DNA of 64,000 bases from Muribaculaceae bacterium (GTDB lineage Bacteria > Bacteroidota > Bacteroidia > Bacteroidales > Muribaculaceae), in assembly GCA_023662835.1 (NCBI GenBank), contig JAMPII010000001.1, positions 193,435-257,434 on the forward strand, written 5' to 3'. A program made the position numbers and the translations under genes. The notes beneath the pieces are model-generated. The model did no database searches, was not told where the DNA came from, and was given only the letters and a program-made list of their open reading frames with translations. This document shows, piece after piece, positions 45,976-55,849 of the stretch (its first letter is position 1; each line of letters opens with the position of its first letter).

Positions 45976-47889
45976 CTATTTCACTTCCTCGAAGTCGACG
46001 TCGGTGACATGGTCGTCGTGGGGAGCGGAACTCTGTGCTCCGGCATTGGGGTTAGGACCTTGCTGTGCACCGGCTTGTGCCTGCTGTTGTGCGTTGAGAA
46101 TGTCTTGTTGAACAGCACCGAAGAGTTTTTGAATTTTTTCAATTGCAGGATCGATTGCATCAACGTTCTGTGCTTTGTGAGCCTGTTCAAGTTCGCTGAT
46201 TGCCGATTCAATTTCTGCTTTCTTGTCGGCAGGAATTGCATTTCCGAATTCTTCAAGCTGTTTTTTAGTTTGGAACACAACGCTATCGGCTTTGTTAAGG
46301 GTGTCGATACGTTTTTTCTCAGCTTCATCGGCGGCGGCATTAGCTGCGGCCTCGTCTTTCATTCGTTTAATTTCTGCGTCGGTAAGGCCTGACGATGCTT
46401 CAATACGGATGCTTTGTTCTTTGCCTGTTGCTTTGTCTTTTGCCGATACGTTAAGAATACCGTTGGCGTCGATTTCGAAAGTAACTTCGATCTGAGGTAT
46501 GCCACGGGGAGCGGGAGCTATGCCGTCGAGGTGGAATTTACCCAGAGTCTTGTCATCTTTTGCCATTGGACGCTCACCTTGAAGAACATGGATTTCAACT
46601 GAAGGCTGATTGTCGGCCGCAGTTGAGAATGTTTCGCTCTTTCGAGTAGGAATTGTTGTGTTGGCTTCGATAAGTTTTGTCATTACTCCACCAAGGGTTT
46701 CGATGCCTACCGACAGAGGAACAACGTCGAGAAGCACTACGTTTTCTTTCACGTCGCCTGAAAGGATACCACCTTGAATTGCAGCTCCTACTGCCACTAC
46801 TTCATCGGGATTAACACCTTTCGAGGGTGCTTTACCGAAGAATTTTTGTACGATATTCTGAATAGCGGGTATACGTGTTGATCCACCTACGAGGATAACC
46901 TCATCAATATCGGATGCTTTCAGACCTGCGTCGGCCAATGCCTGCTCGCAAGGTTTAACTGTTGCCTGTATCAGTTTATCGGCCAGACGTTCAAATTCGG
47001 CTCGTGAGAGAGTTTTTACCAGGTGGCGTGGAACTCCGTCGACCGGCATGATGTAAGGCAGGTTGATTTCGGTTGTGGTTGAGCTTGAGAGTTCAATTTT
47101 TGCTTTTTCTGCTGCTTCTTTCAAGCGCTGCAGTGCCATTGGATCTTTGCGCAGGTCAACTCCGTATTCTTGCTGAAATCCATCGGCTAGCCATTCGATG
47201 ATTACGTGGTCGAAGTCATCGCCTCCGAGGTGAGTGTCGCCATTTGTAGCTTTTACTTCAAATACGCCACCACCGAGTTCAAGGATTGAAATATCAAATG
47301 TACCGCCACCGAGGTCGAATACGGCTATTTTCTGATCCTTGTCGCTCTTGTCCAATCCGTAGGCAAGCGCTGCGGCTGTAGGTTCGTTTACTATACGGCG
47401 CACTTTAAGACCCGCAATTTCGCCGGCTTCTTTAGTAGCCTGACGCTGTGAGTCGTTGAAATAGGCAGGAACAGTGATAACTGCTTCATCAACAGTCTGA
47501 CCAAGATAATCTTCTGCTGTTTTCTTCATTTTTTGGAGAACCATAGCCGAGATTTCCTGCGGTGTATATTCACGACCGTCAACCAACACACGAACTGAAC
47601 CATTTTCCGCTTCGCCTACTTGATAAGGCACGCGTTCGGCCTCCTGTTTTACTTCGTTATAACGTTCGCCCATGAAACGCTTTATAGAGTATATTGTGCC
47701 TTCGGGGTTGGTGATAGCCTGTCGTTTTGCTGGGTCACCCACTTTACGTTCGCCACCGGCAATAAATGCTACGATTGAAGGCGTTGTGTTACGGCCCTCA
47801 CTGTTAGGAATAACCACGGGGTCGTTACCCTCTACAACTGCTACACACGAGTTGGTGGTACCAAGGTCAATACCTATAATTTTTCCCAT
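45976..47889 (-). CDS. dnaK: Molecular chaperone DnaK (Hsp70)
   Basis: 637 aa, canonical Hsp70 throughout ([32 protein letters not shown]). The acidic C-terminus ends in EEVK. Confidence 0.97.
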   Translation of the reverse strand: MGKIIGIDLGTTNSCVAVVEGNDPVVIPNSEGRNTTPSIVAFIAGGERKVGDPAKRQAITNPEGTIYSIKRFMGERYNEVKQEAERVPYQVGEAENGSVRVLVDGREYTPQEISAMVLQKMKKTAEDYLGQTVDEAVITVPAYFNDSQRQATKEAGEIAGLKVRRIVNEPTAAALAYGLDKSDKDQKIAVFDLGGGTFDISILELGGGVFEVKATNGDTHLGGDDFDHVIIEWLADGFQQEYGVDLRKDPMALQRLKEAAEKAKIELSSSTTTEINLPYIMPVDGVPRHLVKTLSRAEFERLADKLIQATVKPCEQALADAGLKASDIDEVILVGGSTRIPAIQNIVQKFFGKAPSKGVNPDEVVAVGAAIQGGILSGDVKENVVLLDVVPLSVGIETLGGVMTKLIEANTTIPTRKSETFSTAADNQPSVEIHVLQGERPMAKDDKTLGKFHLDGIAPAPRGIPQIEVTFEIDANGILNVSAKDKATGKEQSIRIEASSGLTDAEIKRMKDEAAANAAADEAEKKRIDTLNKADSVVFQTKKQLEEFGNAIPADKKAEIESAISELEQAHKAQNVDAIDPAIEKIQKLFGAVQQDILNAQQQAQAGAQQGPNPNAGAQSSAPHDDHVTDVDFEEVK

Positions 47890-48226
47890 AATTGTAATAT
47901 TTTATAGTTGTTTTATTTTATGATTTCCACTAAATATTGTCTACGGGGGTGCTCCCGTGTCGTCTATGTAAGAAACAATTGTTATGCCAAAAAGGTTGCG
48001 TAAAAAGTTAATTTAATATGTAACAAAAGATTAACCACTTTAAATCTACTGACAAGCACGTGACATTTTTTCCTGTGCATGTCAGTACTCTCCCTTCCAT
48101 TGGCTTTTGCGGTTGTGATTTCAGGAATTTTTGGGGCAGATTTGCATGTTTGAAATAAATAGCGTAACTTCACGCATCCGCAAATTATAATACCATAGTT
48201 GATAAAACCATTCCTGAATTTATATC

Positions 48227-50653
48227 ATGAAACTGATTTATACTTCTTTATTAATGGCATCTGCCATAGTGTCGCTATGCGCCTCGGCTCAGCGCTCAAT
48301 AGAGCAGGCCAACAGAGATTGGAAATTCACGTTAGGCGATATTGCTGAAGCTCAGAAAACTGACTTCGACGATTCTAAATGGCAAACAGTAAACATTCCC
48401 CACGATTTTCAAATACATCAGCCATGGGTCGCACCGTCGGCCGACGAGCGTCCCGACTCGGATAATCCCGTGGCAAACGTGCGCTCCCGTTTGAGTTCAC
48501 GCGGCTTCAAAGAAATGGGAGCAGGATGGTACCGTAAAACATTCACCCCATCCGACGATTGGCAAGGCCGACGCGTGTTGCTCGATTTCGAAGGCATAAT
48601 GCTTGTTGGCGACGTTTACCTTAACGGACAACGCGTCGGTGGCACCGACTACGGTTATCTTGGGTTTGAAGTGGATATTACCGACAAACTCAAATTCGGA
48701 CAACCAAACGTTATTGCCGTGAAAGCCGACACTGGCAAACCCGAGAATTCACGTTGGTACACGGGCGGAGGTTTGTTCCGCGACGTCAAGTTCGTTATCA
48801 CTCCGGCCAACCGCTATTTTACTCGTCATCCGCTCTACGTTACCACACCCGTGGCTGAAGCCGATTCAGCTACTATTTCGGTACAAGCCGAACTGTTTTC
48901 AACCGCTGCCGACAATTCCCCGATCGACATCCGCCTTACCGTGCTAGACCCCGACGGCCAACAAATTTATTGTAAAACATCGTCCCGCAAATTCAACAAG
49001 CGTCAGAATCCATGGGAGTATAAGCTAGCCGATATAAAGGTGGCCAACCCAAAGCGCTGGAGTTGCGAAACGCCGGTCATGTACAAAGCTATTGCTGAAC
49101 TTGTCGATTCAACGGGTAAAGCTTACGATGTTGCAGAAACAAACTTCGGCATCCGCAAACTGGAATTTTCACCTGAATATGGTTTCAAACTGAATGGTCA
49201 AAAATTAGTACTTAAAGGTATTGCCAACCATCATACTTTAGGTGCACTTGGCGCTGCCGCTTATCCCCGCGCAATGGAAAAACGCATCCAATTGTTGAAG
49301 GATTACGGATTTAACCATATACGAACGTCACACAACCCTTACAGCGAATCGTTCCTCGACCTTTGTGACCAAAACGGAATCCTGGTGCTCGACGAGCTTT
49401 ACGACAAATGGATGCAACAGTATGCCGGAGGCCGGACATCATGGGAAGATCAATGGCAATACACAATTCCCGAATGGATTAAACGCGACCGCAATCACCC
49501 CTCGGTAATCATATGGAGTCTTGGCAATGAGCTTCAGATTCAACCCGAGCTACCGCTTGGCGACTATGGGGTCACTCCCTACCTGATGCAGAAGCCTCTG
49601 GTTAAACGCTACGACAACACACGCCCACTAACCGTTGCCATGCATCCCCATGGCCGCGGTATGGACCTCGACTCGGAGCCATGGCCACTGGCGAAGCTTA
49701 CCGATATCGCATCATATAACTATCGCTACATGTTTTTCCCTAACGACGGAAAACGCTACCCCCACATGAATTTCTATCAAAGCGAAGCATCAATGTCGGC
49801 AATGGGTCCAAACTATTTCGAAATGGATCTTGACAAGAATATAGGCCTTGCCTACTGGGGTGCGATTGATTATCTGGGAGAATCGAATGGCTGGCCGGAA
49901 AAAGGCTGGGCAAATGGAGCTTTCGATCTTTCGCTTGAGCCAAAGCCATCGGCCTATTTTCTACGTAGCTACTTTAAACCCGACGAGCCAATTGTTCATA
50001 TTGCCATTACAGGCAAACGCAAAAGCGTGCAGTGGAATGGAATCGACGTCGGTACGGCCGCGGCATCAAATTCATGGAACATGCCTAAAGGCGCAGTTGT
50101 CGATATTTACACCTATACCAATGCCGACGAGGTTGAACTTTTGGTAAACGGCAAAAGCTTGGGCCGACAAAAGAACAATATTGCCGACCCCAAGCAACGC
50201 AACCGCATTCTCTGGAAAAACGTTACCTACACACCCGGAAAAATTCAAGCAAAAGCCTACAAAAACGGCAATGTAAAACCTATCGCTACCCACCAGCTCG
50301 AAACAACAGGGGCAGCAAAAAAACTGACAGCAGCAGCCGACAACAATCAATGGAAAGCCGACGGAATCGATTTGCAGCATGTACGTATTGAAGCCGTAGA
50401 CAATTCAGGACGCCAGGATAAAGAAGCAACCGCTAAGATAAAATTTGCAATAGAAGGTCCGGCCGAGATTGTGGGTGTAATCAATGGCGACATCAAGTCG
50501 AACGAGTTAACAGTTGGCGATTCTCGCTCGCTATACAACGGAACAGTAACTGTAATTCTTCGCTCTACGCCTGAGGCAGGCATAGTTACTCTAACCGCAC
50601 AACCTGAAGGAAAAATCAAAGGAACAACCCTGAAACTAAACACCATAAACTAA
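48227..50653 (+). CDS. Glycoside hydrolase family 2 (beta-galactosidase-like)
   Basis: 808 aa with a signal peptide. GH2 blocks are FEGIMLVGDVYLNGQRVG, IRTSHNPYSESFLDLCDQNGILVLDE and NHPSVIIWSLGNE, followed by C-terminal Ig-like domains. Confidence 0.85.
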   Translation: MKLIYTSLLMASAIVSLCASAQRSIEQANRDWKFTLGDIAEAQKTDFDDSKWQTVNIPHDFQIHQPWVAPSADERPDSDNPVANVRSRLSSRGFKEMGAGWYRKTFTPSDDWQGRRVLLDFEGIMLVGDVYLNGQRVGGTDYGYLGFEVDITDKLKFGQPNVIAVKADTGKPENSRWYTGGGLFRDVKFVITPANRYFTRHPLYVTTPVAEADSATISVQAELFSTAADNSPIDIRLTVLDPDGQQIYCKTSSRKFNKRQNPWEYKLADIKVANPKRWSCETPVMYKAIAELVDSTGKAYDVAETNFGIRKLEFSPEYGFKLNGQKLVLKGIANHHTLGALGAAAYPRAMEKRIQLLKDYGFNHIRTSHNPYSESFLDLCDQNGILVLDELYDKWMQQYAGGRTSWEDQWQYTIPEWIKRDRNHPSVIIWSLGNELQIQPELPLGDYGVTPYLMQKPLVKRYDNTRPLTVAMHPHGRGMDLDSEPWPLAKLTDIASYNYRYMFFPNDGKRYPHMNFYQSEASMSAMGPNYFEMDLDKNIGLAYWGAIDYLGESNGWPEKGWANGAFDLSLEPKPSAYFLRSYFKPDEPIVHIAITGKRKSVQWNGIDVGTAAASNSWNMPKGAVVDIYTYTNADEVELLVNGKSLGRQKNNIADPKQRNRILWKNVTYTPGKIQAKAYKNGNVKPIATHQLETTGAAKKLTAAADNNQWKADGIDLQHVRIEAVDNSGRQDKEATAKIKFAIEGPAEIVGVINGDIKSNELTVGDSRSLYNGTVTVILRSTPEAGIVTLTAQPEGKIKGTTLKLNTIN

Positions 50654-50665
50654 AGATATCTTATC

Positions 50666-50983
50666 ATGAAAAGATTTGCATTCAAAATGTACCTCAAACC
50701 TGGCTTTGAGGAAGAATACGAACGCCGCCACGCCGCTTTGTGGCCTGAACTAAAAAAACAGATTGCCGACTCTGGCGTTAAAAATTACTCAATTTTTTGG
50801 GACAAAGACACAAACATACTCTTTGGATATCAAGAAGTTGAAGGCGAATCAAACTCGCAGGACGCAGAAGCTGCCGATGAAATCACACGCAAATGGTGGG
50901 ATTATATGGCAGAAATAATGGAAGTAAACCCCGATAACTCCCCCGTCACCATTCCAATCAAAGAAGTTTTCCATCTCGATTAA
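50666..50983 (+). CDS. rhaM: L-rhamnose mutarotase
   Basis: 105 aa, RhaM-like (MKRFAFKMYLKPGFEEEYERRHAALWPEL..NYSIF). Confidence 0.85.
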   Translation: MKRFAFKMYLKPGFEEEYERRHAALWPELKKQIADSGVKNYSIFWDKDTNILFGYQEVEGESNSQDAEAADEITRKWWDYMAEIMEVNPDNSPVTIPIKEVFHLD

Positions 50984-51003
50984 TTTTTATCTCTCATTCC
51001 CAC

Positions 51004-51045
51004 AAAGGCGATATGTCATACCCGACTTATCGCCTTTTCCTTTTT
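51004..51045 (+). terminator. Intrinsic terminator after rhaM
   Basis: AAAGGCGATA-tgtcatacccgact-TATCGCCTTT is followed by TCCTTTTT. It shares the GGCGATATGTCA core with the fabH terminator. Confidence 0.65.
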
Positions 51046-51092
51046 AACACTTCAATTTTGTGCACACTATTGCCCGGCGAAAATAAAGTTAG

Positions 51093-51100
51093 TATTTTTG
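51093..51100 (+). promoter_or_regulatory. Candidate -7 box (TAnnTTTG) heading the 51.1-51.4 kb structured region
   Basis: TATTTTTG lies 372 nt upstream of the next credible start codon (51473). Confidence 0.3.
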
Positions 51101-51103
51101 CAA

Positions 51104-51414
51104 TTGCTGACCGCATTGCAGAGGCTCGGTCTCGGGCATTGCGGGTGGGTCAGCAAGACATAATGGAAAGCGTTTACTCGGCGCTCTTTCTTGACGGTTA
51201 GAAATCTGGAAAACTTCTATTGGAGTCAAGAATGTAGCAAACAGTAGATGCCTTAGTGGATATGTAAATTCAGCCTTACGCGACACGAGAGTGCCGTGAT
51301 TTGGCATATAGCATATTCTACGTGAGGCCTCTGCAAGTTTGCTCGTTCAACTCCAATGGGCAATCCAGAGCCTCTAACCGTAGGACGAGCAACAGTACAG
51401 ACCTCACGTTTTCT
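51104..51414 (+). ncRNA. Candidate structured RNA or long regulatory 5' leader (unclassified)
   Basis: Non-coding stretch with three extended hairpins found by eye: 51104-51156 (9 + 6 + 5 bp), 51188-51232 (8 + 5 bp) and 51321-51408 (7 + 3 + 8 bp). The last is followed by TTTTCT. The 5' arm of the last hairpin can alternatively pair with 51366-51374. Confidence 0.25.
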
Positions 51415-51472
51415 GTGTATAAACCAATCAAAAGCCAATGAGGGGTCCGGCGGCACAGGAATTATACGACTA

Positions 51473-51886
51473 ATGAAGAAACTATTATTATTATTGGGAT
51501 TGGCAATCATTTTTTCAATGACAAATTGCAGTAAAGCAGCTACCGTACCACAAGAGCAAAATACGGAGCAACAGCATGCCATAATGCCATATAAGCTGTA
51601 TCCGACAAGCAACATGTGGACATTCATAAAATTGGACACACGTAACGGGAAAATGTGGCAAGTACAATACAGTATAAAGGGGGATGATTACCGCTTCGAA
51701 TCTCCACTGAATATGACACCGTTAGTGACGGCTGGAGATGAAGCAGGCAGGTTTGAATTATATCCTACTCAAAATATATATAATTTCATACTCCTTGATG
51801 GCATGAACGGCAAAACATGGCAAGTACAATGGTCAACGGAGCCGGAGAGCCAAGGAATTATACCTATTAAGCAATCAGGAATATAA
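51473..51886 (+). CDS. Small lipoprotein with an internal two-fold repeat, unknown function
   Basis: 137 aa from MKKLLLLLGLAIIFSMTNCSK (lipobox). The two repeats are YKLYPTSNMWTFIKLDTRNGKMWQVQYS and FELYPTQNIYNFILLDGMNGKTWQVQWS. Confidence 0.5.
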   Translation: MKKLLLLLGLAIIFSMTNCSKAATVPQEQNTEQQHAIMPYKLYPTSNMWTFIKLDTRNGKMWQVQYSIKGDDYRFESPLNMTPLVTAGDEAGRFELYPTQNIYNFILLDGMNGKTWQVQWSTEPESQGIIPIKQSGI

Positions 51887-51903
51887 CATTTAATCCAACT
51901 TAT

Positions 51904-52473
51904 ATGAAACGAATATTTTTAGCATTAACATTATCTCTGATAATGGCAGGGGTGTATGCACAAGAGCATCTCTCTTTCAAAGGGATTCCCATTGAGGGCA
52001 CAATGAGTTCTTTCTGCCAAAAACTGAAAGCCAAGGGCTTCACTTCCATGGGTTCGCAAAACAACATCAGAATCTTCTCGGGCGATTTTACCGGTAGAGA
52101 AGCGACCGTAGGTGTAATCTCAACCGACAATGGACAAGACGTTTTTGGTGTCGTAGTGATTTTACCAGCTAGTAAAGAGTGGAATACACTAGTAAGCAAC
52201 TATACTTACTTCAAAGATTTATACACAAGAAAGTATGGAAAAGCGTCAATCAGCAAAGAAAAGAATCCGGCACGTAGCGATTCAAATACCGCTTTAATGT
52301 CAGAAGTGCATCAAGGAACTGTTGTTTACCTGAGCGCATGGGAGGTGTCTGGAGGCTCTATTGAGTTATCAATAGAAAAAACTGATGGAATCTATGAAGG
52401 TATGGTTGTAATCAGGTATCGTGATTCACAGAACGCAGAAGCAAAACTCCAACAAGATTTAGAAGATATCTAA
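51904..52473 (+). CDS. Secreted protein of unknown function
   Basis: 189 aa with signal peptide MKRIFLALTLSLIMAGVYAQ. I recognise no motif in it. It starts 17 nt after the preceding lipoprotein gene. Confidence 0.5.
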   Translation: MKRIFLALTLSLIMAGVYAQEHLSFKGIPIEGTMSSFCQKLKAKGFTSMGSQNNIRIFSGDFTGREATVGVISTDNGQDVFGVVVILPASKEWNTLVSNYTYFKDLYTRKYGKASISKEKNPARSDSNTALMSEVHQGTVVYLSAWEVSGGSIELSIEKTDGIYEGMVVIRYRDSQNAEAKLQQDLEDI

Positions 52474-52582
52474 CCATGGCAGAACTAGAAAAAGAATCTT
52501 TGGAGGCAACTACCAAGGTTTCTCTCTATCATAAAGAAAGTGATAACCTCTGAATTCAGTATTCAAACATTGAGAAACATTG

Positions 52583-52620
52583 ACGGCAATGATGACTTCG
52601 CTCTTCATTGCCGTTTAATT
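52583..52620 (+). terminator. Terminator-like hairpin after the two orphan genes
   Basis: ACGGCAATGA-tgacttcgctct-TCATTGCCGT (10 bp) is followed by TTAATTT. Confidence 0.5.
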
Positions 52621-52691
52621 TACTTATCAGACACTATGATCGTAAAGTGGTAAATTTTGGTGAATTATTATATTTTATACAAATCTTTTCG

Positions 52692-52699
52692 TAAATTTG
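52692..52699 (+). promoter_or_regulatory. Candidate -7 box (TAnnTTTG) for the sensor/regulator gene
   Basis: TAAATTTG lies 59 nt upstream of GTG 52759 and 95 nt upstream of the first ATG at 52795. Confidence 0.4.
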
Positions 52700-52758
52700 C
52701 AACGATAACGCGCAAATACTTTTATCTAATTCCGAATTTGCCAAATTTCTAATACCAC

Positions 52759-55647
52759 GTGAGCCGGATATTTTCGAATATAAAACGACTTATTATGCCC
52801 TGTTGTAGCAAAATTGTTACAACACTACTGTTGCTGGCTGCTATTGTTCAACCAATTACAGCAGGAAATAAGTCTACCGTATGGCGCGAATTTCCGGAAT
52901 TATCGTCGCAAGAAGTTATCGCGATCAAAAAGGATACAAACGGATGTGTATGGCTTGGCACCACAAAAGGGCTATGCAGGTTCGACGGCTACACATTACG
53001 TCAGTTTCTGACAGTCCGCGACAATCAGGTTACATCTGTGGCTATCGACAATATGCAAAACGTGTGGTTCGGTACCCAACAGGGCGCTTATGTACTCAGA
53101 TCAGGCTCGTTAACGCCGGAGCCGGTCGACACAGCCCGCATTAGCTGGAAACCGGTTTCAAACATTTATATTACGCCCGACGAAAATGTATGGTTGACCC
53201 AACGCGGCTATCTGAGGCGCTACGACATTAACGGTAAATGGCAAAAAGATTATACTTTATCCGATCGATCGTCAAACCCAACCACCCTTTCGGGATTCTG
53301 CTTCACACGCGAAAATGAACTGTTCATAACTACCTATAGTCCTATCGTATACCGCTACGACCGCTTCGGTGACACATTTTGTTCCTACTCTAATTTGAAC
53401 GATGACCAATCGCTGGGCAAAATTATTGAGGATTATCGCGAAAACTGTCTTTGGATTGCCGACCACAGCGGCCATATTTTTCGGTTCAACCACAAATCGC
53501 ATGACGAGGCAAAACGTTTCGTAGCCTCCACAGTAACTCGTCCGGAAACTCCAGATGTCCAAATGGCTGTACATGACATGACACAGGACATAACCAACGG
53601 TAACATCTGGGTGGCCGGCCGCACTCATCTGATGCTTTTCCAGAAAACGACAGACGGACACCTTGAGCCCATAGTTCACAAACTAAGTCCGATGCTGGGT
53701 GACGGTGCCGTAGAAACGCTCAAGGCCCTGGACGATGGCATCTGGATGTCGACCTTCGGCTATCGCACCATGCTCCTCCCTTACAATTCTGAAAAATTAC
53801 ACACTACATTATTTGGATGGGACACAACAGAACGGGAGCCATTAATCATTTCGATTCAGGAGGATGAGACCCCTGGCTACTATTGGGTTATCCAAAACAG
53901 GAATGGACTTGTGCTTTACAACTCACAAAACGGATCTGTGTTTAACAATACCGACCTCCCATCGTCGAACGGACTCCGATTGTATGTTGCCTCCGAAATT
54001 ATTCCGTCAAGTAGGCACCACGGTGTGTGGGTGCTACAACAACGGAGCATGGCGGCACATCGACTGGTTAACGACAACGGCAAAATGGTGTTTGAACAAA
54101 CAATCACTCCGGGAGCTCAAGTGCCCGACGAAGCCACAGCCACCACTGCCATGGAGGATCAATCGGGCAATTTATGGATTTGTTCAACCGACGGTGCATA
54201 CCGATATAACACAACAACTGGCAACCTGACCGGAACTGCCGCCTTAGGGTGCTACATAACCGACATCGCACAGGAAAATGACGGAGACATTTGGCTCTCG
54301 ACACGCAACAACGGGTTGGTTCAGGTGACACCCGAAGGAAAATCTATAATCCACACCAAACTACCCGACGGTATAATTGCGCTGACTTCGGCTCACGACG
54401 GTTGGCTGTGGTGTGCCTACGCCAACGGAAAGGTCATCGGCTACAAATATTCCACAGGCAAAATTTCCGACATAACCAACAGGTTGCCCATACAATCAAC
54501 AGACGTGTCGGACATAGCAGCCGACATATTCGGCCACGTTTGGATTAAGACACCGGCAAAACTGATTGAATACAGTCCCAGCAACCAAACCTACCGCACC
54601 CACCATGTGTCAACACTCAACACACCAGTCGAGGTATTCCTTTCGAAATTTTCATACGGCGACGACGGCCATCTGACTATTGGAGGCATCGGCGGCGCAG
54701 AAGTGTTTTACCCATCCAATTCACTCGATCGCCAAAATTCACGTATAACCGTTTATATCACAGATATAGTCGATTCATCATCGGCAAATCCAATATTCAG
54801 TGGAACTCTCGGTGCCAGCAATAGCGAAGATAGCGAATTCATCTTTCCAAATTCAACCAGAAACCTGGAAATCAACTTCTCTACTCTCAACTACAAACAC
54901 ATTTCCAGAGTTCGGTATGCCTATCGGATGTTTCCATACGAAAAAGAATGGAACTATACCGAAGAGGGCGTCAACACGGCATTCTACAACCAGCTTCCTC
55001 ACGGCAACTATCAATTTCAGCTACGGGCCACTGACGAGAACGGCGTTATGTCCGACTCTTTCACATCGTTCAACTTCGTACTAACTCCGCCCCTCCACCA
55101 AACATGGTGGGCATATATAATTTATGTATTATTGATTCTCGCCGCAGCATTCGTGCTCGTTAAATTATCGCTGAAATTTCAACGCAAAAAGAACGAAACC
55201 ATGTGGAGCGACTCATCTGAAATGATGAAAATGCGCAACTATCTTCAGGCACCCGACCCGGCTCAGCAGCCCGAATTCGAGCAACTCGACAAAGCACTGT
55301 TCGACAAATGTGTTGCTGTAATCAAAGAAAACATTGCCGATTCCAACTTTAGTGTCGACAATTTTTCCTCGGCCATGAATATGTCGCGTTCAACGCTTTC
55401 AAGAAAACTAAAGTTGATTTATGGCGGCACACCCCTAGACTTGATTCGTGACATACGTATGCGCCAAGCAAAATCACTATTAGCAAATCCGGCTCTGAAC
55501 GTAGCCGAAGTGTCGGAAGCCGTCGGATTCCCCGACCGGCGTTACTTTTCGTTGCTGTTCAAAAAATCTGTCGGTATGTCGCCGTCAGAATACCAACGGC
55601 ATGTGCGAGAAAATTCGCCCGGCAATTCAGTCAAAGCCAATACATGA
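52759..55647 (+). CDS. HTCS-like periplasmic sensor (beta-propeller repeats + Y_Y_Y) fused through one TM helix directly to an AraC-type HTH, with no kinase or receiver
   Basis: 962 aa with an N-terminal anchor and repeated Reg_prop-like blocks (..VWLGTTKGLCRFDG.., ..VWFGTQQGAYVL.., ..LWICSTDGAYRYN..). A Y_Y_Y-like region follows (RVRYAYRMFPYEKEWNYTEEGVNTAFYNQLPHGNYQFQLRA), then a TM helix (WWAYIIYVLLILAAAFVLVKL). Only 157 cytoplasmic residues remain, ending in an AraC HTH (..MSRSTLSRKLK.. ..VGFPDRRYFSLLFKKSVGMSPSEYQ). Confidence 0.8.
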   Translation: MSRIFSNIKRLIMPCCSKIVTTLLLLAAIVQPITAGNKSTVWREFPELSSQEVIAIKKDTNGCVWLGTTKGLCRFDGYTLRQFLTVRDNQVTSVAIDNMQNVWFGTQQGAYVLRSGSLTPEPVDTARISWKPVSNIYITPDENVWLTQRGYLRRYDINGKWQKDYTLSDRSSNPTTLSGFCFTRENELFITTYSPIVYRYDRFGDTFCSYSNLNDDQSLGKIIEDYRENCLWIADHSGHIFRFNHKSHDEAKRFVASTVTRPETPDVQMAVHDMTQDITNGNIWVAGRTHLMLFQKTTDGHLEPIVHKLSPMLGDGAVETLKALDDGIWMSTFGYRTMLLPYNSEKLHTTLFGWDTTEREPLIISIQEDETPGYYWVIQNRNGLVLYNSQNGSVFNNTDLPSSNGLRLYVASEIIPSSRHHGVWVLQQRSMAAHRLVNDNGKMVFEQTITPGAQVPDEATATTAMEDQSGNLWICSTDGAYRYNTTTGNLTGTAALGCYITDIAQENDGDIWLSTRNNGLVQVTPEGKSIIHTKLPDGIIALTSAHDGWLWCAYANGKVIGYKYSTGKISDITNRLPIQSTDVSDIAADIFGHVWIKTPAKLIEYSPSNQTYRTHHVSTLNTPVEVFLSKFSYGDDGHLTIGGIGGAEVFYPSNSLDRQNSRITVYITDIVDSSSANPIFSGTLGASNSEDSEFIFPNSTRNLEINFSTLNYKHISRVRYAYRMFPYEKEWNYTEEGVNTAFYNQLPHGNYQFQLRATDENGVMSDSFTSFNFVLTPPLHQTWWAYIIYVLLILAAAFVLVKLSLKFQRKKNETMWSDSSEMMKMRNYLQAPDPAQQPEFEQLDKALFDKCVAVIKENIADSNFSVDNFSSAMNMSRSTLSRKLKLIYGGTPLDLIRDIRMRQAKSLLANPALNVAEVSEAVGFPDRRYFSLLFKKSVGMSPSEYQRHVRENSPGNSVKANT

Positions 55648-55849
55648 ACAAGAACTGACTCCCAGCCAAAGATGACTGTAAATGTAGCGAAAACAAACAA
55701 AAATCCGGTCATTTAATATATAAATATAAATTCCACTCATAATTGCACATATTTTTTATTGCCCATTCGTCGAATTTTTATTACTTTGTTGCAACTACCG
55801 GAGAGACAACTCCGACAAGTACCATGAATTTATTTTAAAAACTATATCC

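Noticed and set aside
48049-48085. Imperfect inverted repeat CTGACAaGCAC...GTGCaTGTCAG in the dnaK/GH2 divergent spacer, considered as a heat-shock operator.
   Set aside because: It has one mismatch and no resemblance to CIRCE or other known heat-shock operators. It is a single occurrence.
51253-51639. 128-aa minus-strand ORF (and 51013..51201 and 51089..51307) covering the non-coding stretch at 51.0-51.5 kb.
   Set aside because: They are Cys/Leu-rich or otherwise featureless, and they overlap each other and the lipoprotein signal peptide. They have no promoter box. The hairpin content fits an RNA element better.
52476-52553. 25-codon mini-ORF (MAELEKESLEATTKVSLYHKESDNL) just after the 51904..52473 gene.
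   Set aside because: It is too short to evaluate, has no motif and no promoter box. It lies in the 3' UTR before the terminator hairpin.
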